In this document: in pieces, positions 58,000 to 64,000 of the stretch
How positions within the stretch are numbered: the first letter of the stretch is position 1
Layout of the letters: each line of letters begins with the position of its first letter
DNA from: Escherichia coli
GTDB lineage: Bacteria; Pseudomonadota; Gammaproteobacteria; Enterobacterales; Enterobacteriaceae
DNA length: 64,000 nt
Direction: 5' to 3' (one strand)
Assembly: GCF_003018255.1 (NCBI RefSeq)
Contig: NZ_CP027440.1
Notes under the pieces: model-generated
Seen by the model: the letters and a program-made list of their open reading frames with translations, nothing else
The model's database searches: none
Told to the model about the DNA's origin: nothing
Program-made: the position numbers and the translations under genes

Positions 58000-60900
58000 T
58001 GATTGAACGCGGTAAATTTCGCTCACTGACGCTGATTAACTGGAACGGCTTTTTTGCCCGAACTTTTGACCTTGACGAGCTGGTCACGACGCTTTCTGGC
58101 GGTAACGGGGCGGGTAAATCCACCACCATGGCAGCGTTCGTTACGGCGCTTATCCCCGACCTGACCCTGCTGCATTTCCGTAACACTACGGAAGCCGGGG
58201 CCACCAGCGGTTCGCGCGATAAAGGTCTGCACGGTAAGCTGAAAGCGGGTGTCTGTTATTCGATGCTCGACACCATTAACTCGCGCCACCAGCGTGTAGT
58301 GGTCGGTGTGCGTCTGCAACAGGTTGCCGGACGCGATCGTAAAGTGGATATCAAACCATTTGCCATTCAGGGCCTGCCGATGTCGGTGCAGCCGACACAA
58401 CTGGTGACCGAAACTCTGAACGAACGCCAGGCGCGCGTGCTGCCGCTTAACGAGCTGAAAGACAAGCTCGAGGCGATGGAAGGCGTGCAGTTTAAACAGT
58501 TCAACTCCATTACCGATTACCACTCGCTGATGTTCGATCTGGGCATCATCGCGCGTCGTCTGCGCTCAGCGTCTGACCGTAGTAAATTCTATCGTCTGAT
58601 CGAAGCCTCGCTGTATGGCGGGATCTCCAGCGCCATTACTCGTTCTCTGCGCGACTACCTGTTGCCGGAAAACAGTGGGGTGCGGAAAGCGTTCCAGGAC
58701 ATGGAAGCGGCGCTGCGTGAAAACCGCATGACGCTGGAAGCGATTCGTGTCACCCAGTCAGACCGTGACCTGTTTAAGCATCTGATCAGCGAAGCCACCA
58801 ACTACGTGGCGGCGGACTACATGCGTCACGCCAACGAGCGCCGTGTTCATCTCGATAAGGCCCTGGAGTTTCGTCGCGAGCTACATACTTCGCGTCAGCA
58901 ACTGGCGGCTGAGCAGTACAAACACGTCGACATGGCGCGAGAGCTGGCTGAGCACAACGGTGCCGAAGGCGATCTGGAAGCGGATTATCAGGCGGCCAGC
59001 GATCACCTGAACCTGGTGCAAACCGCACTGCGTCAGCAGGAGAAGATCGAACGCTACGAAGCGGATCTCGATGAGCTGCAGATCCGTCTGGAAGAGCAAA
59101 ACGAAGTGGTGGCAGAAGCCATCGAACGCCAGGAAGAGAACGAGGCTCGTGCGGAAGCTGCCGAACTGGAAGTGGACGAGCTGAAAAGCCAGCTTGCTGA
59201 CTACCAGCAGGCGCTGGACGTCCAGCAAACGCGCGCGATCCAGTATAACCAGGCGATTGCTGCGCTTAATCGTGCCAAAGAACTGTGCCATCTGCCGGAC
59301 TTAACCGCCGACAGCGCTGCCGAATGGCTGGAAACCTTCCAGGCGAAAGAGCTGGAAGCGACCGAAAAAATGCTCTCTCTTGAGCAGAAAATGAGCATGG
59401 CGCAAACCGCGCACAGCCAGTTTGAGCAGGCTTATCAGCTGGTGGTGGCAATCAACGGCCCGCTGGCGCGTAACGAGGCGTGGGATGTCGCTCGCGAACT
59501 ATTGCGCGAAGGGGTCGATCAGCGTCACCTGGCAGAGCAGGTTCAGCCGTTGCGGATGCGCTTAAGCGAACTGGAACAGCGTCTGCGTGAGCAGCAAGAA
59601 GCTGAGCGTCTGCTGGCAGATTTCTGCAAACGTCAGGGCAAGAATTTTGATATTGATGAACTGGAAGCTCTGCATCAGGAGCTGGAAGCACGCATTGCCT
59701 CTCTTTCCGATAGCGTCTCTAACGCCCGAGAAGAGCGGATGGCACTGCGCCAGGAACAGGAACAGCTGCAGTCTCGCATTCAGAGTTTGATGCAGCGTGC
59801 ACCGGTTTGGCTGGCAGCGCAAAACAGTCTCAACCAGTTGAGCGAACAGTGCGGCGAAGAGTTCACCTCCAGCCAGGACGTCACTGAATATCTGCAACAG
59901 TTGCTGGAGCGTGAGCGCGAAGCCATTGTTGAACGCGATGAAGTAGGCGCGCGCAAAAACGCCGTCGATGAAGAGATCGAACGTTTAAGCCAGCCAGGTG
60001 GTTCTGAAGACCAGCGTTTGAATGCGCTGGCGGAGCGTTTTGGCGGCGTGCTGCTGTCCGAAATTTATGACGACGTGAGTCTGGAAGATGCGCCGTACTT
60101 CTCGGCACTGTATGGCCCGTCACGCCACGCCATCGTGGTGCCAGATCTGTCACAGGTAACCGAACACCTGGAAGGCTTGACCGATTGCCCGGAAGATCTC
60201 TATCTGATCGAAGGGGATCCGCAGTCATTCGATGACAGCGTGTTCAGCGTTGATGAGCTGGAAAAAGCGGTAGTGGTGAAAATCGCCGATCGTCAGTGGC
60301 GTTACTCACGTTTTCCGGAAGTTCCGCTGTTTGGTCGTGCTGCGCGTGAAAGCCGTATTGAAAGCCTCCATGCCGAGCGTGAAGTGCTTTCCGAACGCTT
60401 CGCCACGCTCTCTTTTGATGTACAGAAAACCCAGCGTCTGCATCAGGCGTTCAGCCGCTTTATAGGTAGTCATCTGGCGGTGGCGTTTGAGTCTGATCCG
60501 GAAGCCGAAATCCGTCAACTGAACAGCCGTCGCGTCGAACTGGAGCGGGCGCTGAGTAATCATGAAAATGATAACCAGCAGCAGCGTATTCAATTTGAGC
60601 AGGCGAAAGAGGGCGTTACGGCGCTGAACCGCATTCTGCCGCGTCTCAACCTGTTGGCTGATGACAGCCTGGCGGATCGCGTCGATGAAATCCGCGAACG
60701 TCTGGATGAAGCCCAGGAAGCCGCGCGTTTTGTTCAGCAGTTTGGCAATCAACTGGCGAAACTGGAACCGATCGTTTCGGTATTGCAGAGCGACCCGGAA
60801 CAGTTCGAACAGTTAAAAGAAGATTACGCGTACTCTCAGCAGATGCAGCGCGATGCCCGTCAGCAGGCGTTTGCCCTGACGGAAGTGGTGCAGCGTCGTG

Positions 60901-62459
60901 CGCACTTTAGCTACTCTGACTCGGCAGAAATGCTGAGCGGTAACAGCGATCTCAACGAAAAACTGCGTGAACGTCTGGAACAGGCGGAAGCGGAGCGTAC
61001 CCGCGCGCGTGAAGCGTTGCGCGGACACGCAGCGCAGTTGAGTCAGTACAACCAGGTGCTGGCTTCGCTGAAAAGTTCTTACGACACCAAAAAAGAGCTA
61101 CTCAACGATCTGCAACGTGAATTGCAGGATATCGGCGTGCGTGCTGATAGCGGGGCAGAAGAGCGGGCGCGTATTCGCCGTGACGAGTTGCACGCGCAAC
61201 TGAGCAATAACCGTTCACGCCGCAATCAACTGGAAAAAGCGCTTACCTTCTGCGAAGCGGAGATGGACAACCTGACCCGCAAACTGCGCAAGCTGGAGCG
61301 TGATTACTTTGAGATGCGCGAGCAGGTAGTGACCGCGAAAGCGGGCTGGTGTGCAGTCATGCGCATGGTGAAAGATAACGGCGTTGAACGCCGCTTACAC
61401 CGTCGTGAGCTGGCTTATCTCTCCGCTGATGATTTGCGTTCCATGTCGGATAAGGCGTTAGGTGCGCTGCGTCTGGCGGTGGCGGATAACGAACATCTGC
61501 GCGACGTGCTGCGGATGTCGGAAGATCCAAAACGTCCGGAACGTAAAATTCAGTTCTTCGTGGCGGTTTATCAGCATCTGCGTGAACGTATTCGTCAGGA
61601 TATTATTCGTACCGATGATCCGGTGGAAGCTATCGAACAGATGGAGATCGAACTTAGCCGTCTGACCGAAGAGTTAACCTCCCGTGAACAGAAACTGGCG
61701 ATCAGTTCCCGCAGCGTGGCGAACATTATTCGCAAAACCATTCAGCGCGAACAGAACCGTATCCGTATGCTCAACCAGGGTTTGCAGAACGTATCGTTCG
61801 GTCAGGTAAACAGCGTACGTCTGAATGTGAACGTGCGTGAAACGCACGCCATGCTGCTGGATGTGCTCTCTGAACAGCACGAGCAGCATCAGGATCTGTT
61901 TAACAGCAACCGTCTGACCTTCTCGGAAGCGCTGGCGAAATTGTATCAGCGTCTTAATCCGCAGATTGATATGGGGCAGCGCACGCCGCAGACCATTGGC
62001 GAAGAACTGCTGGATTACCGCAACTATCTGGAAATGGAAGTTGAGGTTAACCGTGGTTCTGATGGCTGGCTGCGCGCAGAATCTGGCGCTCTGTCGACCG
62101 GTGAGGCGATTGGTACCGGTATGTCGATTCTGGTGATGGTGGTACAAAGCTGGGAAGATGAATCTCGCCGCCTGCGCGGTAAAGATATCTCTCCTTGCCG
62201 CCTGCTGTTCCTCGATGAAGCAGCGCGACTGGATGCTCGTTCTATCGCCACGCTGTTTGAATTGTGTGAACGTTTGCAAATGCAGCTCATCATCGCAGCG
62301 CCGGAAAATATCAGTCCGGAAAAAGGCACCACCTATAAACTGGTGCGTAAAGTCTTCCAGAATACCGAACACGTTCACGTCGTCGGCCTGCGAGGATTTG
62401 CGCCGCAACTCCCTGAAACGCTTCCAGGAAGTGACGAAGCGCCTTACCAAGCGAGTTAA
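57999..62459 (+). CDS. mukB: Chromosome partition protein MukB (SMC-like condensin)
   Basis: 1486 aa; N-terminal Walker [10 protein letters not shown], long coiled coils, C-terminal head. Confidence 0.95.
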   Translation: MIERGKFRSLTLINWNGFFARTFDLDELVTTLSGGNGAGKSTTMAAFVTALIPDLTLLHFRNTTEAGATSGSRDKGLHGKLKAGVCYSMLDTINSRHQRVVVGVRLQQVAGRDRKVDIKPFAIQGLPMSVQPTQLVTETLNERQARVLPLNELKDKLEAMEGVQFKQFNSITDYHSLMFDLGIIARRLRSASDRSKFYRLIEASLYGGISSAITRSLRDYLLPENSGVRKAFQDMEAALRENRMTLEAIRVTQSDRDLFKHLISEATNYVAADYMRHANERRVHLDKALEFRRELHTSRQQLAAEQYKHVDMARELAEHNGAEGDLEADYQAASDHLNLVQTALRQQEKIERYEADLDELQIRLEEQNEVVAEAIERQEENEARAEAAELEVDELKSQLADYQQALDVQQTRAIQYNQAIAALNRAKELCHLPDLTADSAAEWLETFQAKELEATEKMLSLEQKMSMAQTAHSQFEQAYQLVVAINGPLARNEAWDVARELLREGVDQRHLAEQVQPLRMRLSELEQRLREQQEAERLLADFCKRQGKNFDIDELEALHQELEARIASLSDSVSNAREERMALRQEQEQLQSRIQSLMQRAPVWLAAQNSLNQLSEQCGEEFTSSQDVTEYLQQLLEREREAIVERDEVGARKNAVDEEIERLSQPGGSEDQRLNALAERFGGVLLSEIYDDVSLEDAPYFSALYGPSRHAIVVPDLSQVTEHLEGLTDCPEDLYLIEGDPQSFDDSVFSVDELEKAVVVKIADRQWRYSRFPEVPLFGRAARESRIESLHAEREVLSERFATLSFDVQKTQRLHQAFSRFIGSHLAVAFESDPEAEIRQLNSRRVELERALSNHENDNQQQRIQFEQAKEGVTALNRILPRLNLLADDSLADRVDEIRERLDEAQEAARFVQQFGNQLAKLEPIVSVLQSDPEQFEQLKEDYAYSQQMQRDARQQAFALTEVVQRRAHFSYSDSAEMLSGNSDLNEKLRERLEQAEAERTRAREALRGHAAQLSQYNQVLASLKSSYDTKKELLNDLQRELQDIGVRADSGAEERARIRRDELHAQLSNNRSRRNQLEKALTFCEAEMDNLTRKLRKLERDYFEMREQVVTAKAGWCAVMRMVKDNGVERRLHRRELAYLSADDLRSMSDKALGALRLAVADNEHLRDVLRMSEDPKRPERKIQFFVAVYQHLRERIRQDIIRTDDPVEAIEQMEIELSRLTEELTSREQKLAISSRSVANIIRKTIQREQNRIRMLNQGLQNVSFGQVNSVRLNVNVRETHAMLLDVLSEQHEQHQDLFNSNRLTFSEALAKLYQRLNPQIDMGQRTPQTIGEELLDYRNYLEMEVEVNRGSDGWLRAESGALSTGEAIGTGMSILVMVVQSWEDESRRLRGKDISPCRLLFLDEAARLDARSIATLFELCERLQMQLIIAAPENISPEKGTTYKLVRKVFQNTEHVHVVGLRGFAPQLPETLPGSDEAPYQAS

Positions 62460-62465
62460 AATGAA

Positions 62466-62490
62466 GGCGGCAGCAATGCCGCCTTTTCTT
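62466..62490 (+). terminator. Rho-independent terminator downstream of mukB
   Basis: ggcggca-gcaa-tgccgcc hairpin + T-rich tract. Confidence 0.7.
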
Positions 62491-63205
62491 GTGCACAGAA
62501 AACCCCCAGCTAGGCTGGGGGTTCCGGAAAGCTTTCAGCTTTGAGCCAGTTATTAAAACCCCTTTTGATTTGTTAAAACACCTTGCGGTCTGGCAACTGC
62601 AAGTGTCAAACAAGAAATCAAAAGGGGGTCCCAATGGGGAACGAAAAGAGCTTAGCGCACACCCGATGGAACTGTAAATATCACATAGTTTTTGCGCCAA
62701 AATACCGAAGACAAGTGTTCTACAGAGAGAAGCGTAGAGCAATAGGCAGTATTTTGAGAAAGCTGTGTGAGTGGAAAAGCGTACGGATTCTTGAAGCTGA
62801 ATGCTGTGCAGATCATATCCATATGCTTGTGGAGATCCCGCCCAAAATGAGTGTATCCGGCTTTATGGGATATCTGAAAGGGAAAAGCAGTCTGATGCTT
62901 TACGAGCAGTTTGGTGATTTGAAATTCAAATACAGGAACAGAGAGTTCTGGTGCAGAGGGTACTACGTCGATACGGTGGGTAAGAACACGGCGAAGATAC
63001 AGGATTACATAAAGCACCAGCTTGAAGAGGATAAAATGGGAGAGCAGTTATCGATTCCCTATCCGGGCAGCCCGTTTACGGGCCGTAAGTAACGAAGTTG
63101 GATGCAAATGTCAGATCGTGTGCGCCTGTTAGGGCGCGGCTGGTAAGAGAGCCTTATAGGCGCATTTGAAAAACCTCCGGCTATGCCGGAGGATATTTAT
63201 TTTCC
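62490..63205 (+). mobile_element. IS200-family (IS200/IS605 superfamily) insertion sequence, ~710 bp; ends approximate (about +/-15 bp)
   Basis: Single Y1 HuH transposase ORF flanked by left-end hairpin cccccag-ctagg-ctggggg and right-end hairpin cctccggctatgccggagg; no tnpB; mukB-ldtD spacer is ~710 bp longer than recalled for K-12. Confidence 0.8.
62634..63092 (+). CDS. tnpA: IS200 Y1-type transposase TnpA
   Basis: 152 aa from MGNEKSLAHTRWNCKYHIVFAPKYRR; HuH-like HIHMLV motif; ORF-track TTG start at 62583 trimmed to ATG 62634. Confidence 0.85.
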   Translation: MGNEKSLAHTRWNCKYHIVFAPKYRRQVFYREKRRAIGSILRKLCEWKSVRILEAECCADHIHMLVEIPPKMSVSGFMGYLKGKSSLMLYEQFGDLKFKYRNREFWCRGYYVDTVGKNTAKIQDYIKHQLEEDKMGEQLSIPYPGSPFTGRK

Positions 63206-63429
63206 GAAAACTCCGTTTCTGCACTAAAAAAGTGGCACATTACGGCGCGCTTTTCTTTAAACTTCTTTACATTAGGTTATGTAAAAACGTATCGGCGTTT
63301 ATATACTGAAGATAAGCCTGATGAGTAACAGGCTTGCTCGTCATACTTTCGTGAGTATTGGCGTTGTACAGGCAAGTCGTAAAATAACAGCCTGGCTATT
63401 CAGAGTATGATAAAAACAGGGGGCAAGGG

Positions 63430-64000
63430 ATGTTGCTTAATATGATGTGTGGTCGTCGGCTGTCGGCAATCAGTTTGTGCCTGGCCGTAACATTCGCTCC
63501 ACTGTTCAATGCGCAGGCCGATGAGCCTGAAGTAATCCCTGGCGACAGCCCGGTGGCTGTCAGTGAACAGGGCGAGGCACTGCCGCAGGCGCAAGCCACG
63601 GCAATAATGGCGGGGATCCAGCCATTGCCTGAAGGTGCGGCTGAAAAAGCCCGCACGCAAATCGAATCTCAATTACCCGCAGGTTATAAGCCGGTTTATC
63701 TTAACCAGCTTCAATTGTTGTATGCCGCACGCGATATGCAACCCATGTGGGAAAACCGTGATGCTGTTAAAGCCTTCCAGCAACAGCTGGCAGAGGTGGC
63801 GATTGCCGGTTTCCAGCCGCAGTTTAATAAATGGGTAGAGTTACTGACCGATCCTGGTGTTAACGGGAGGGCACGCGACGTGGTGCTCTCTGATGCGATG
63901 ATGGGCTATCTCCATTTCATTGCAAATATTCCGGTCAAAGGCACTCGCTGGCTATATAGCAGTAAACCTTATGCGCTTTCAACGCCGCCGCTTTCGGTGA
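63430..64000 (+). CDS. ldtD: L,D-transpeptidase LdtD (YcbB), N-terminal part; 3' end outside window
   Basis: ATG at 63430, open frame to window end: [30 protein letters not shown] (signal peptide). Confidence 0.8.
   Translation, partial: MLLNMMCGRRLSAISLCLAVTFAPLFNAQADEPEVIPGDSPVAVSEQGEALPQAQATAIMAGIQPLPEGAAEKARTQIESQLPAGYKPVYLNQLQLLYAARDMQPMWENRDAVKAFQQQLAEVAIAGFQPQFNKWVELLTDPGVNGRARDVVLSDAMMGYLHFIANIPVKGTRWLYSSKPYALSTPPLSV

Noticed and set aside
62490-63205. Possibility that the IS element is a two-gene IS605-type unit with tnpB
   Set aside because: Only ~710 bp with a single 152-aa ORF; no room or ORF for TnpB.

Overview
This window is a contiguous Escherichia coli (Enterobacteriaceae) core-chromosome segment matching the K-12 map from ybjD through ldtD (ycbB), with gene order recalled from memory: ybjD, ybjX, macAB, cspD, clpSA, serW, infA, aat, cydCD, trxB, lrp, ftsK, lolA, rarA, serS, dmsABC, ycaC, ycaD, ycaM, pflA, pflB, focA, ycaO, ycaP, serC, aroA, ycaL, cmk, rpsA, ihfB, ycaI, msbA, lpxK, ycaQ, ycaR, kdsB, ycbJ, elyC, cmoM, mukFEB, ldtD. 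All CDSs appear intact and the stated lengths agree with the known proteins once the over-extended ORF-track starts are trimmed to the homologous start codon. I do not find a convincing novel multi-gene system; the window is an ordinary housekeeping region. Four things depart from the K-12 arrangement as I recall it: (1) a tandem ~180-bp repeat downstream of tRNA-Ser serW, each unit carrying a copy of the tRNA 3'-terminal 19-mer plus a terminator hairpin, most interesting; (2) an IS200-family insertion (~710 bp, Y1 TnpA) between mukB and ldtD; (3) only 209 bp between ycaM and pflA, where K-12 carries ycaN and ycaK; (4) a 21-codon-longer Pro/Gln-rich linker in ftsK. No searches or computations were run; all comparisons to K-12 are from memory and need alignment to confirm.
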